From contig JBJMOW010000005.1 of the NCBI GenBank assembly GCA_045803545.1, positions 416,001 to 480,000 on the forward strand: a stretch of DNA of 64,000 bases. Direction: 5' to 3'. Source of the DNA: Gemmatimonadaceae bacterium. Its GTDB lineage: Bacteria; Gemmatimonadota; Gemmatimonadetes; Gemmatimonadales; Gemmatimonadaceae. Both the position numbers and the translations under genes were made by a program. Shown here piece after piece: positions 20,712-29,367 of the stretch. Every line of letters begins with the position of its first letter. The first letter of the stretch is position 1. The notes under the pieces were generated by a model. It was not told the origin of the DNA and ran no database searches. It saw nothing but the letters and a program-made list of their open reading frames with translations.

Positions 20712-22082
20712 CTAGAGTCCCGTTTCGGGGAATGATTCGATCGTTTTCTTGAGGAACGCCATGAACTGGTCGGCGACCGCGCCGTCAATCACGCGGTGAT
20801 CGAACGAAAGTGAAAAGTACGCGCAGGTTCGAATCGCAATCACGTCTTCGCCCTCTGTTCCGGTGAGGACTTTGGGGCGCTTCTCGATCGCACCGACGCC
20901 GAGGATGGCGACTTGTGGCTGATTGATGATTGGCGTTCCCATCAACGAACCGAACACGCCTGGATTGGTGATGGTGAAAGTCCCTTCCTGTACTTCCTCG
21001 GGCGACAGCTTCTTGGCGCGCGCACGTGCCGCGAGATCGTTGAGCGCGCGAGTGATGCCGGAGATAGAGAGATCATCGGCGTGCTTGATCACAGGAACGA
21101 TTAGTCCCCAATCGAGCGCAACCGCGATGCCGATGTTCATCTGCTTCCGATAGATGACGTTATTGCCGGCGACAGACGAGTTCATTATCGGAAACGCTTT
21201 CAAGCCGTCGGTGACAGCTTTGATGATGAACGGCATGTAGGTCAGCTTCTGACCGTTGGCCGCCTCGAACTCCGCCCGCTTCTTGGCGCGAATGCGCGCG
21301 ACGCGTGTGAAATCGATCTCGATAAACGAAGTGACGTGCGCGGAAGTGTGTCGCGAGGCGACCATGTGCTCGCTGATGAGCGCGCGCATTTTGGTCATCG
21401 GCTCGACGACATCACCCGGCCACGGAGCGGGAAGCGGGAAGCGGGAAGCGGAAGGCGCTGCAGTTGCTGGCGCTCCGGATTCGATGAAGCCAAGGATGTC
21501 CCGCTTCGTCACGCGACCAGCCACGCCAGTTCCCTGGAGCGACGAGATATTCACGCCATGTTCCGCCGCGATCTTGCGCACCAGCGGCGACGATTTCGTA
21601 CGAACACGATCCTCGAACGAGTTACCGTTGCCGGAGTGCGAAGCCGCGATCGCCGGGGCACTGGGCTGCTGGCGCGCCGCTGTCGGAACAGGAGTGACTG
21701 ACGCCGAGGAACTGGCACTTGCAGGCATCACCGGCCCCGCCGGGCCGCCGTCTTCCGCGCCGCCTGCGCTTCCCGCTTCCCGCGTCCCGCTTCCCGCTGC
21801 GCCTCCCGCTTCCCGCTTCCCGCTTCCCGCTAACGCACCCTTCTCGGTCTCCAGGCGGGCGACGACAGTCTGGACCTCCACCGTCTCGCCTTCCTTGACA
21901 AGAATCTCCGCGATGACTCCAGCAGCCGGGGCCGGGATCTCGGCGTCGACCTTGTCGGTCGAGATCTCAAAGATCGGCTCGTCGCGCTTCACTTCGTCGC
22001 CCACCTTCTTCAGCCACTTCGAAAGTGTGCCCTCAGCGATCGACTCGCCCATTTGCGGCATGATGATGTCTACACGTGCCAC
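20712..22082 (-). CDS. 2-oxoacid dehydrogenase E2 (dihydrolipoamide acyltransferase)
   Basis: Lipoyl domain EISTDKVDAE, subunit-binding domain SSPLVRKIAAEHG, catalytic SFDHRVIDG. Start GTG 22082 after GAGGTG. Confidence 0.94.
   Translation of the reverse strand: MARVDIIMPQMGESIAEGTLSKWLKKVGDEVKRDEPIFEISTDKVDAEIPAPAAGVIAEILVKEGETVEVQTVVARLETEKGALAGSGKREAGGAAGSGTREAGSAGGAEDGGPAGPVMPASASSSASVTPVPTAARQQPSAPAIAASHSGNGNSFEDRVRTKSSPLVRKIAAEHGVNISSLQGTGVAGRVTKRDILGFIESGAPATAAPSASRFPLPAPWPGDVVEPMTKMRALISEHMVASRHTSAHVTSFIEIDFTRVARIRAKKRAEFEAANGQKLTYMPFIIKAVTDGLKAFPIMNSSVAGNNVIYRKQMNIGIAVALDWGLIVPVIKHADDLSISGITRALNDLAARARAKKLSPEEVQEGTFTITNPGVFGSLMGTPIINQPQVAILGVGAIEKRPKVLTGTEGEDVIAIRTCAYFSLSFDHRVIDGAVADQFMAFLKKTIESFPETGL
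21426..21454. repeat. (AGCGGGA)x3+ heptamer array in the second E2 linker
   Basis: agcggga agcggga agcggga agcggaag. Confidence 0.8.
21768..21831. repeat. (GCTTCCC) x about 8 heptamer array in the first E2 linker, inverted relative to the 21426 array
   Basis: gcttccc gcttccc gcgtccc gcttccc gctgc gcctccc gcttccc gcttccc gcttccc gct. Confidence 0.85.
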
Positions 22083-22086
22083 CGCT

Positions 22087-22371
22087 TCACCTCTTCCGGT
22101 TGTCCTGTTTGACAGGCCGATTGAGCCGTCGCAATGCAAGGAAAGGTAGCGACAAGGCTCCAATTACGGCGCCGATTCCAGCATATACCCACCAGTTGCA
22201 TGCCGGAAGCCCTTCCGGCGGCTGACATCCCTGAGCGCCGCCGACGAATTTCGCAACGAATACGGCGAGCATTCCACCGCTGAAAAACCCGACCATCGCG
22301 GTGAGACAGCCCACTCCAACGTTGCGCGCTGCCACTTCGGAGCGCGTGAATGGCGGCGGCGGTGCCGCCAT
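22087..22371 (-). CDS. Small 2-TM membrane protein between E1-beta and E2
   Basis: MAAPPPPF...; two hydrophobic segments flanking a CQPPEGLPAC loop; TGATG overlap with the E1-beta stop. Confidence 0.75.
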   Translation of the reverse strand: MAAPPPPFTRSEVAARNVGVGCLTAMVGFFSGGMLAVFVAKFVGGAQGCQPPEGLPACNWWVYAGIGAVIGALSLPFLALRRLNRPVKQDNRKR

Positions 22372-23348
22372 CAGTACGCTGCCAGCTTCCGCAGCGCGAG
22401 CGCGATGTCGGACGTCTGCGGCAGCACGTAATCCTCGAGCGGCGGCGAATACGGCAGCGGTACATCGGCCGCCGTGACGCGCAGGATCGGCGCATCGAGC
22501 CATTCGAACGCGCTCTCGTTAATCCGCGCTGTGATCTCGCCTGCGACGCCACCAGTTCGAGTATCCTCGTGCACGATCAGCACCCTATTGGTTTTCTTGA
22601 CAGTGGCGATGATCGCCTCGTCGTCCATCGGGAGCAACGACCGCAAGTCGAGAACCTCCACCGACAACCCGTCTTCCTTCTCGACCCGCTCAGCCGCTTC
22701 GAGCGCCTTCCAGACCGTAGCAGCGTAGGTGATGATCGAGACGTCGGTGCCCTCTCTCGCCAGGCGCGCTTTGCCGATCGGTACAACGTGATCGCCGCTG
22801 GGCATTTCTTCCTTGATCCGCCGATAGAGATACTTGTGCTCGAAGAAGAGCACACAGTCGTCGTCGCGAATTGCCGATTTGAGCAATCCTTTGGCGTCGC
22901 TCGCCGTCGCCGGATAAACCATCTTCAGGCCGGGGGTGTGCAGAAATGCAGCTTCCGGGTTCTGCGAATGGAACGGCCCACCGCGCACGTAGCCGCCGCT
23001 GGGGCCGCGCACCACCATCGGACACGGCAGCATCGCGCGATATCTCGCCGTGGCGACGTAGTTGGTGAGCATGTCGTATCCGGTCGAGATGAAGTCGATG
23101 AACTGCATCTCGGCGACAGGGCGCAATCCCATGTGCGCCGCGCCGGCCGCAGCGCCGACGATCGCCGCCTCCGAGATGGGAGTGTCGATTACGCGCTGCT
23201 CGCCGAATTTGGCCATCAAGCCTTCTGTAACCTTGAACGCGCCGCCGTAGGCACCGATGTCTTCGCCGAGGCAGAAGACGTTTTTGTCGCGCTCCATCTC
23301 CTCGAACAGAGCTTCGCGAATCGCCTCGAGATAGGTGATCTCAGGCAT
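22371..23348 (-). CDS. 2-oxoacid dehydrogenase E1 beta subunit
   Basis: MPEITYLEAIREAL, GEDIG, DTPISE, EMQFIDF, HSQ. Confidence 0.95.
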   Translation of the reverse strand: MPEITYLEAIREALFEEMERDKNVFCLGEDIGAYGGAFKVTEGLMAKFGEQRVIDTPISEAAIVGAAAGAAHMGLRPVAEMQFIDFISTGYDMLTNYVATARYRAMLPCPMVVRGPSGGYVRGGPFHSQNPEAAFLHTPGLKMVYPATASDAKGLLKSAIRDDDCVLFFEHKYLYRRIKEEMPSGDHVVPIGKARLAREGTDVSIITYAATVWKALEAAERVEKEDGLSVEVLDLRSLLPMDDEAIIATVKKTNRVLIVHEDTRTGGVAGEITARINESAFEWLDAPILRVTAADVPLPYSPPLEDYVLPQTSDIALALRKLAAY

Positions 23349-24471
23349 CGTGCGTCCCCCAGCTCGACGGTCGCTCGTGCTTTTCCACCGCGGACTTGAT
23401 TCCCTGCCTGAACCAAAGTGGAGAGAGCTCGGGGGGCTCCGCGTAAATCCCGACGAGGCAATCCGTCGGATCCGGCATCGGTGATGCTTCCGCTTCATCG
23501 GTCGCGACGTCGATCTCGCTCTTGACTCGCGCGTCGATCGTATCGAGCTCGCTCTGCAGAATTCCTTCGTCGAGCAATCGTTTTACATAACGATCGACCG
23601 GATCGTTCTCGCTCGCCCAGCGATCGATTTCGCCCGCCGGCACGTACGACTGATTGTCGTGTTCAGCGTGCCCTTTGCGGCGATACGTCATCAGCTCTAT
23701 CAGCGTGACGCCCTCGCCCGCGCGGGCGCGGTCCACCGCCCGCTTGGTGACTTCGTAGGTCGCGATCACGTCGTTGCCGTCCGCTTGCTCACCGACGATG
23801 CCGTATCCGCTCGCCTTGTCCACCAACTGGCGCGCCGCCGTTTGCTTCTTCAACGGCGTGGAGTACGCATATCCGTTGTTCTCGACTATCACGACCAGTG
23901 GACAGCGTTGCACGGCGGCGAAATTGATTCCTTCGTGGAAGGCGCCGGTCGATGTCGCGCCATCGCCGACATACACCAGTCCAACTCGATCCTCTTTTCG
24001 CATCTTGAACGACAGTGTGACGCCCGCCATCACGGGCACCATGTCGCCCAAGTGCGAGATCTGGCCGATGAACCCGCGCACGAGATCGCCGTAGTGGATG
24101 TTCAGCTCGCGACCGCGCGTCGGCGAATCTCCTTTCGCCATGTATTGCTTGATAATCTCGGCCGGCTTCGCGCGCTGAACGAGCATCGATCCGAGGTTTC
24201 GGATCAGCGGCGACAGGATGTCCCCCTTCGACCGGTCGAGCGCGTACGCGCTGCCCACGGAGTCCGCCTCCTGGCCGAGCGAGCGAAAAAGTCCGCCGAT
24301 TACTTTGGTCTGGCGATAAAGATTGACCAGCCGCTCTTCGAGCGACCGCGTCAGGCGCATGTAGTAATAGAGCTCGATCCGCTGCTCTGGCGTCAGCGTC
24401 ACCGGCGCGCCGTCAGCGCGCTCCTTGTTCAAACTTGCGGGACGCGACGCGGTTGTGCCGGACCGCGCCAT
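23341..24471 (-). CDS. 2-oxoacid dehydrogenase E1 alpha subunit
   Basis: TPP motif GDGATSTGAFHEGINFA...ENN; TYRRKGHAEHD. Confidence 0.95.
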   Translation of the reverse strand: MARSGTTASRPASLNKERADGAPVTLTPEQRIELYYYMRLTRSLEERLVNLYRQTKVIGGLFRSLGQEADSVGSAYALDRSKGDILSPLIRNLGSMLVQRAKPAEIIKQYMAKGDSPTRGRELNIHYGDLVRGFIGQISHLGDMVPVMAGVTLSFKMRKEDRVGLVYVGDGATSTGAFHEGINFAAVQRCPLVVIVENNGYAYSTPLKKQTAARQLVDKASGYGIVGEQADGNDVIATYEVTKRAVDRARAGEGVTLIELMTYRRKGHAEHDNQSYVPAGEIDRWASENDPVDRYVKRLLDEGILQSELDTIDARVKSEIDVATDEAEASPMPDPTDCLVGIYAEPPELSPLWFRQGIKSAVEKHERPSSWGTHDA

Positions 24472-24472
24472 G

Positions 24473-24766
24473 TTAGTACGCCGCTTCGATGCGGTGTCGA
24501 GGATCGCCCGTCTTGTGCAGGGCGACGAAAAACTTCTTGGCGTTGCGATCCAGCCTGCTTTCACCCGTCTGATCGGTATCGATCTCGACGAAGGTGTAAT
24601 GGCCGCCTTCCTTGCGCACACTCAGTGACAGATTCCCCAAATCACCAGCAAATGTACGGGAACGTGCAGTGTGCCCGGATCGCTCCATGCCGATTTCCGG
24701 GAAGAATTCATCAGCGATGCGCAGCACTTCGACCGGCACCAGCTGTGTCCGAAAAAAATGTCTCAT
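24473..24766 (-). CDS. Hypothetical protein, 97 aa
   Basis: MRHFFRT... fills the operon gap; stop is 1 nt from the E1-alpha start. Confidence 0.7.
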   Translation of the reverse strand: MRHFFRTQLVPVEVLRIADEFFPEIGMERSGHTARSRTFAGDLGNLSLSVRKEGGHYTFVEIDTDQTGESRLDRNAKKFFVALHKTGDPRHRIEAAY

Positions 24767-24774
24767 CTCGAGTG

Positions 24775-25230
24775 TCAGGTTCCTGGCTCTGCCGACGCCG
24801 GATGAACAGTTTGAATCCAGTCGACGCGCTCGAGCGGAAGGCTGGGATCGCGACGGAATTGAATCGCTGCGGCCCAATCGCCAACGGTCGGGAAAAACAA
24901 GCGCGCGGAGTAGGTGCCCAACTCCTTCTCTTTCGCGAAACCGTCGTTGGTATTGGCGCGGTCGGGGCTGGTGGCGAAAATGCGCCCCTCACCATTCTCG
25001 ATGGGCTGCCGCGTCTTTTTATCCTGAACGACGACGCGATATACGACCTGCTCCAGCGCGCGCGGCGGCATCGGATCCTCAGTCACAGTAAACGCGTAAG
25101 AATCCGACCACAGTCTCAGTTGGAGTGCCTTCGGGTTCGGGCTGCAGGTGGCTGGGACGAGTGCGAGGCTGCAGACGAGAAGAAGTCGCTTCCATCTTCT
25201 CGCATCCCGCCTCCCGCTTCCCGCCCTCAT
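24775..25230 (-). CDS. Putative lipoprotein (Ig-like, YtkA/FixH-like)
   Basis: Basic N-terminus, hydrophobic stretch, PATC; GTYSARLFFPTVGDWAAAIQF; ATGA overlap with ino1. Confidence 0.65.
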   Translation of the reverse strand: MRAGSGRRDARRWKRLLLVCSLALVPATCSPNPKALQLRLWSDSYAFTVTEDPMPPRALEQVVYRVVVQDKKTRQPIENGEGRIFATSPDRANTNDGFAKEKELGTYSARLFFPTVGDWAAAIQFRRDPSLPLERVDWIQTVHPASAEPGT

Positions 25231-26561
25231 GACGCGTAGTACTCCAGCCCAAGGTGGGTGATCTGATCCTCACCCATCAAATGCCGGAGCGTGTTCTTCA
25301 GTTTGGTCTGCTGAATGAACAGATCGTGTTCCGGCTGCAGTCCGGGCGCAGCCATCGGACTCTTGTAATAGAAGGACAGCCACTCCTGGATGCCCTTCAT
25401 CCCCGCGCGCTGGGCGAAATCGCTGAACAGAGCGAGATCGAGCACAATCGGCGCGGCGAGAATCGAGTCACGACAAAGGAAGTTGATCTTGATCTGCATC
25501 GGATAGTTCATCCACCCGACGATGTCGATGTTGTCCCAGCCTTCCTTGTTGTCGCCGCGCGGTGGGTAGTAGTTGATGCGCACCACGTGCGAGAAATCCT
25601 TGTACAGGTCAGGATAGAGCTCGGGCTGCAGAATCGTGTGTAGCACGCTCAGTTTCGACTCTTCCTTCGTCTTGAACGACTGTGGATCGTCGAGCACTTC
25701 GCCGTCGCGATTGCCGAGGATGTTGGTGGAATACCAGCCGGTGAGTCCGAGCATGCGCGCCTTGAGTCCCGGCGCAACGACCGTCTTCATCCACGTCTGG
25801 CCGGTCTTGAAATCCTTGCCAGAAATCGGCACGCCACGATCGATGGCGAGCTTTTGCAGCGCCGGTGTGTCGACGCAGAGATTCGGGGCGCCGTTGGCGA
25901 AGGGCACTCCCTCCATGATCGCCGCGTAGGCATACAGCATCGATGGTGCGATGGCGTCGTCGTTTTTCTCCATCGCCTTTTCGAATTGCTCGATCGTCGC
26001 GTGCTGCGGACCAGCCTTGATGAAAATCTCAGTCGACGCGCACCACACGATGACGATGCGATCACACTTGTTCCGCGTCTTGAAGTCCCTGATATCCTGA
26101 CGCAGCTGCTCAGCGAGATCGCGTTTGGTCTTTCCTTTCTTCACGTTGGTGCCGTGAATGCGGGTGACGTATTTGTTCTCGAACACCGCCGGCATCGGCT
26201 TGATGGCTTTCAGGAAATCGGCGATCGGCTCAATGTCCTTTTCCTCGAGCACGCCCGCTTTGCGCGCAGCGGTCAAGGCGTCATCGGGAATCGGATCCCA
26301 CGCGCCGAATACAATGTCGTTGAGGTCTGCGAGCGGAACGAACTCCTTGATCAGTGGCGCGCGCTTGTCGGTGCGCTTCCCGAGGCGGATCGTCGCCATC
26401 TGCGTCAGGGAACCGATCGGACGCGAGCGTCCGCGGCGTATGCTTTCGACCCCGGCCATGAAGGTGGTCGCTACTGCGCCAAGGCCCGGCGTGATAATGC
26501 CCAGTCGGCCCTTTGCGGGGGCGACCGATTTAGAAGAGTCACCAGAAGAGGATCTGGCCAA
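25227..26561 (-). CDS. ino1: myo-Inositol-1-phosphate synthase
   Basis: GLGAVATT, ANGAPN, GKDFKTGQT, STNILGNRDG, CRDSILAAP. Confidence 0.95.
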   Translation of the reverse strand: MARSSSGDSSKSVAPAKGRLGIITPGLGAVATTFMAGVESIRRGRSRPIGSLTQMATIRLGKRTDKRAPLIKEFVPLADLNDIVFGAWDPIPDDALTAARKAGVLEEKDIEPIADFLKAIKPMPAVFENKYVTRIHGTNVKKGKTKRDLAEQLRQDIRDFKTRNKCDRIVIVWCASTEIFIKAGPQHATIEQFEKAMEKNDDAIAPSMLYAYAAIMEGVPFANGAPNLCVDTPALQKLAIDRGVPISGKDFKTGQTWMKTVVAPGLKARMLGLTGWYSTNILGNRDGEVLDDPQSFKTKEESKLSVLHTILQPELYPDLYKDFSHVVRINYYPPRGDNKEGWDNIDIVGWMNYPMQIKINFLCRDSILAAPIVLDLALFSDFAQRAGMKGIQEWLSFYYKSPMAAPGLQPEHDLFIQQTKLKNTLRHLMGEDQITHLGLEYYAS

Positions 26562-26578
26562 AGTTTTCTCCGTGCTTG

Positions 26579-27313
26579 CTATGATTGAGCGCGGCGGGAC
26601 GCCGGCATTGCCGCCTTTGCGGCGGGAGCGGAAGGATTGGCGGCGCTTGATGGATCGCTGACCATCCGGATCGGTTTAGCATCGCGCGCTTTCGTCGCGC
26701 GGTAAACGTAGAGTATGCGCTGAACTGCAGTGATCCACGCCGTCACGGTCAGCAGGAGTATGATTCCCATCAGCACCCAGCCATTCCAGAACAGGCCAAA
26801 AAAAGACTGAGGCACCGAAAGCAGCACCATACGCTCCGGTCGCTGCATCAGTCCGACCTTCGCGTCGATGCCAAGCGTCTCGGCACGAGCGCGAGTATAC
26901 GAGATGAGAAAGGTGCCGATGATGCAGACAAGGCAGACCACCACCATCGCCAGGTTGTGATGGATCGCGTTGGTCGCGTAGAAGAACGCCAGGCCCGCCA
27001 TCAGGGCACCATCGGCGACGCGATCCAAGGTCGAGTCGTAGAACGCTCCGAACACGCTCGACCGGCCGGTGCGACGCGCGACCTCGCCGTCCGCGACATC
27101 GAAGAAGGCCGTGACATTCATGATCCAGCCGGCGGTCATGATGTGACCGGTCGCGTAAACGACGCTCGCCGCGATGGTTAACAGCGTGCCAACGGTGGTG
27201 ATGGTGTTGGGGCTGACGTTGTGCCGCGCCAGGAATGCAATCGCCGGCTCGATGGCACGCAGCGCTCCGTTTTTTACGTAGTCAGTCGGTTGCTTTACGT
27301 AACGTGGGGGCAT
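26579..27313 (-). CDS. CDP-alcohol phosphatidyltransferase, probably phosphatidylinositol(-phosphate) synthase
   Basis: DVADGEVARRTGRSSVFGAFYDSTLDR, SYTRARAE, GLMQRPER; directly upstream of ino1. Confidence 0.88.
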   Translation of the reverse strand: MPPRYVKQPTDYVKNGALRAIEPAIAFLARHNVSPNTITTVGTLLTIAASVVYATGHIMTAGWIMNVTAFFDVADGEVARRTGRSSVFGAFYDSTLDRVADGALMAGLAFFYATNAIHHNLAMVVVCLVCIIGTFLISYTRARAETLGIDAKVGLMQRPERMVLLSVPQSFFGLFWNGWVLMGIILLLTVTAWITAVQRILYVYRATKARDAKPIRMVSDPSSAANPSAPAAKAAMPASRRAQS

Positions 27314-27371
27314 TCAGCTCAGGCCGGCGGTAAGCGAAGCTAGCCGACTTGCCGGATCGCCGGCTGACGGC

Positions 27372-27405
27372 AAAAAAAGAGGCCGGCGCTGGATATGCGA
27401 CGGCC
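27372..27405 (-). terminator. Intrinsic terminator upstream of the PI synthase-ino1 operon
   Basis: GGCCGTCGC-ATATCCA-GCGCCGGCC followed by TCTTTTTTT on the minus strand. Confidence 0.7.
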
Positions 27406-27509
27406 GGGTAAACTTAAGCCCTTCAATGACCTATTTCCACCCAAGGGTCCCGGTCCCGACATCTCTCGGCACCGTAGCCGCAGGAATCGGACGACCGGAA
27501 CGCGATGCG

Positions 27510-27839
27510 TCAGGGTAGTCGCCAATCGTACATCGAGTTCAACGTCACGTTGCTCTTCGTATAGGTGCGAGTTCCGTCGACCGTCACCGCCTTGAGATTC
27601 ACTGTCGAGCCGGCCGCCACTCCCGAAACCGGAATGTGCTCGACGGTATTCGCCGCAACCTGCTTGAGGAAAATGTCGCTGGCCCCGCTCTGAACGTACA
27701 CGTTGACCGGCTGACTGAGATTATTGGTGACGTGGAGCGCGACGTCGGCGGCCGGCTCCGGTCCAGTCCGCACTTCGACTTGCCGTCCCGAGCACGCAGC
27801 AGCCGCGACCAGCGACAGCGAGAGCATCAATGCCCGCAT
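27510..27839 (-). CDS. Small lipoprotein
   Basis: GGAGG RBS; MRALMLSLSLVAAAAC lipobox; beta-rich mature part. Confidence 0.8.
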   Translation of the reverse strand: MRALMLSLSLVAAAACSGRQVEVRTGPEPAADVALHVTNNLSQPVNVYVQSGASDIFLKQVAANTVEHIPVSGVAAGSTVNLKAVTVDGTRTYTKSNVTLNSMYDWRLP

Positions 27840-27934
27840 TCGTTGCCTCCGAGATCTTTGTTTGTGATGGCGCAATTCGGTGCAAGCCCCAGGCCGCCGG
27901 CCCACAGCGACCGCGCTCGCGGCAACCGGTTTTC

Positions 27935-29230
27935 TTACTTGTAAATTAGATACTGCCGCGTCGATTCCCTGAAGGCGTATGCTGCCTTGTATTCTCGATC
28001 GATGATGATGTCCGGATCGTCACCACGCAACAATGCGATGCGATCCTGCGGCGAACCAAAGCGGAGATCGAACGCCCGCGCGTCGATCGTCAAACGACTC
28101 CCGGCGGTGCGGTTGATCGCCCACAAGAGTGAAGCACCGACGCGCGCCGCCTGCAGTGCGCTGCGGCTGATGACCTGAATTCGAATTCCCGGGATGCTCT
28201 GTCCGTTGTACTTCCCGTCCGTCGGATTCACCGGCGTGAAGTTCTCCGCGTAAAAGCGGACGCCGGGTATTTCGCGATCGCGAAGGATGGCAACCGTCGC
28301 CGCAGCGTTCAGCCATGGCGCGCCGACCCGCTGAAACGCGCCGTCTGTTCCCCGTCCGACCGAGAGATTCGTCGCCTCGAACGCGACGAGACCCGGGTAG
28401 AGCATCGCGCTCTGTAGCGAAGGCATGTTTGGCGACGGCTTCACCCACGGCAGACCAGTGAGATCGAACCACACGTCGCGGCGCCAACCCTGCGCCGGCA
28501 CCACGTGCAGGTCAGCGCGAATCTTCAGCACCTCGTTGAAGTACCGAGCTAGCTCGCCCATCGTCATCCCGTGCCGCAGCGGCATTGGCCATAATGCGTA
28601 AGCCTGACCTGCACGCTCCGGCGTCGGATCCTCGGGATTCGCGAGCGCGCTATCGAGCAGCGGACCTTCAATCAAGTAACCGGTTATCGGGTTCGGGCGA
28701 TCGAGCACAATGATGGGTTTCCCTGTCCTCTTCGCCGCACGCATCGAGTAAACCATCGCGCCGACATAAGTCCACGTCCGGGTCCCAATGTCCTGAAGGT
28801 CGAAGACGAGCGCGTCGAGCTTTGCCAGCATGGTGTCCGGCGGTGCGATGGTTTGCTGCCCGTAGAGAGAGAATACCGGCAATCCACTTTGCGTATCGAC
28901 TCCGCTGGCAATGTTCTGGCGATCCTCAGTCCCACGCAACCCATGCTCTGGAGAGAAAAGCTGGACCAGGTTCACACTCGCGTCTCGCGCTTTTTTCTCC
29001 CGTAACATGTCGATGTCGGATCTGCCGCGCTCATCGACCCCCGTCTGATTGGTCAACAAGCCAATCCGCTTGCCGCGAATCAGGTTGATGCTGTCGCCGA
29101 TCAAGACGGTGATGCCCGGCCTGACTTTGGCCTCGGCGAGGTCGCCGGTCGGGTCGATCTGCTTGGCAGTTACAACGCAGCCACTGCAGATTGCGGTCGC
29201 CACTGCGAGCGGCTGAAGGTATCGCCTCAT
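27935..29230 (-). CDS. DUF1343 / NamZ-like exo-beta-N-acetylmuramidase, probable lipoprotein
   Basis: GLLTNQTG, FSPEHGLRG, FDLQDIGTR, LDRPNP, RHGMTMGELA, WVKPSPNMP. Confidence 0.9.
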   Translation of the reverse strand: MRRYLQPLAVATAICSGCVVTAKQIDPTGDLAEAKVRPGITVLIGDSINLIRGKRIGLLTNQTGVDERGRSDIDMLREKKARDASVNLVQLFSPEHGLRGTEDRQNIASGVDTQSGLPVFSLYGQQTIAPPDTMLAKLDALVFDLQDIGTRTWTYVGAMVYSMRAAKRTGKPIIVLDRPNPITGYLIEGPLLDSALANPEDPTPERAGQAYALWPMPLRHGMTMGELARYFNEVLKIRADLHVVPAQGWRRDVWFDLTGLPWVKPSPNMPSLQSAMLYPGLVAFEATNLSVGRGTDGAFQRVGAPWLNAAATVAILRDREIPGVRFYAENFTPVNPTDGKYNGQSIPGIRIQVISRSALQAARVGASLLWAINRTAGSRLTIDARAFDLRFGSPQDRIALLRGDDPDIIIDREYKAAYAFRESTRQYLIYK

Positions 29231-29367
29231 TGATTTTTGTCCCGTAAGTTGATCTTGTTGGGTGGTACCAAATGATACTCTGTCGCGTCCTTTTACGTCG
29301 GGGCTGCGCGAGACGCAGCAATCGCAAACGTCTTGCCTAGCCAGTTTGCCACCTCAATCCATTTGAT

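Noticed and set aside
23659..25239. Long antisense ORFs (for example 23659-25239, 18811-20142, 47754-49154, 22350-23399)
   Set aside because: These are shadow frames of real minus-strand genes in high-GC DNA, Arg-rich and without motifs.
27881..27896. Sigma-54-like CGGCCTGGGGCTTGCA upstream of the small lipoprotein
   Set aside because: The -24 box is weak and there is no supporting enhancer or second copy.
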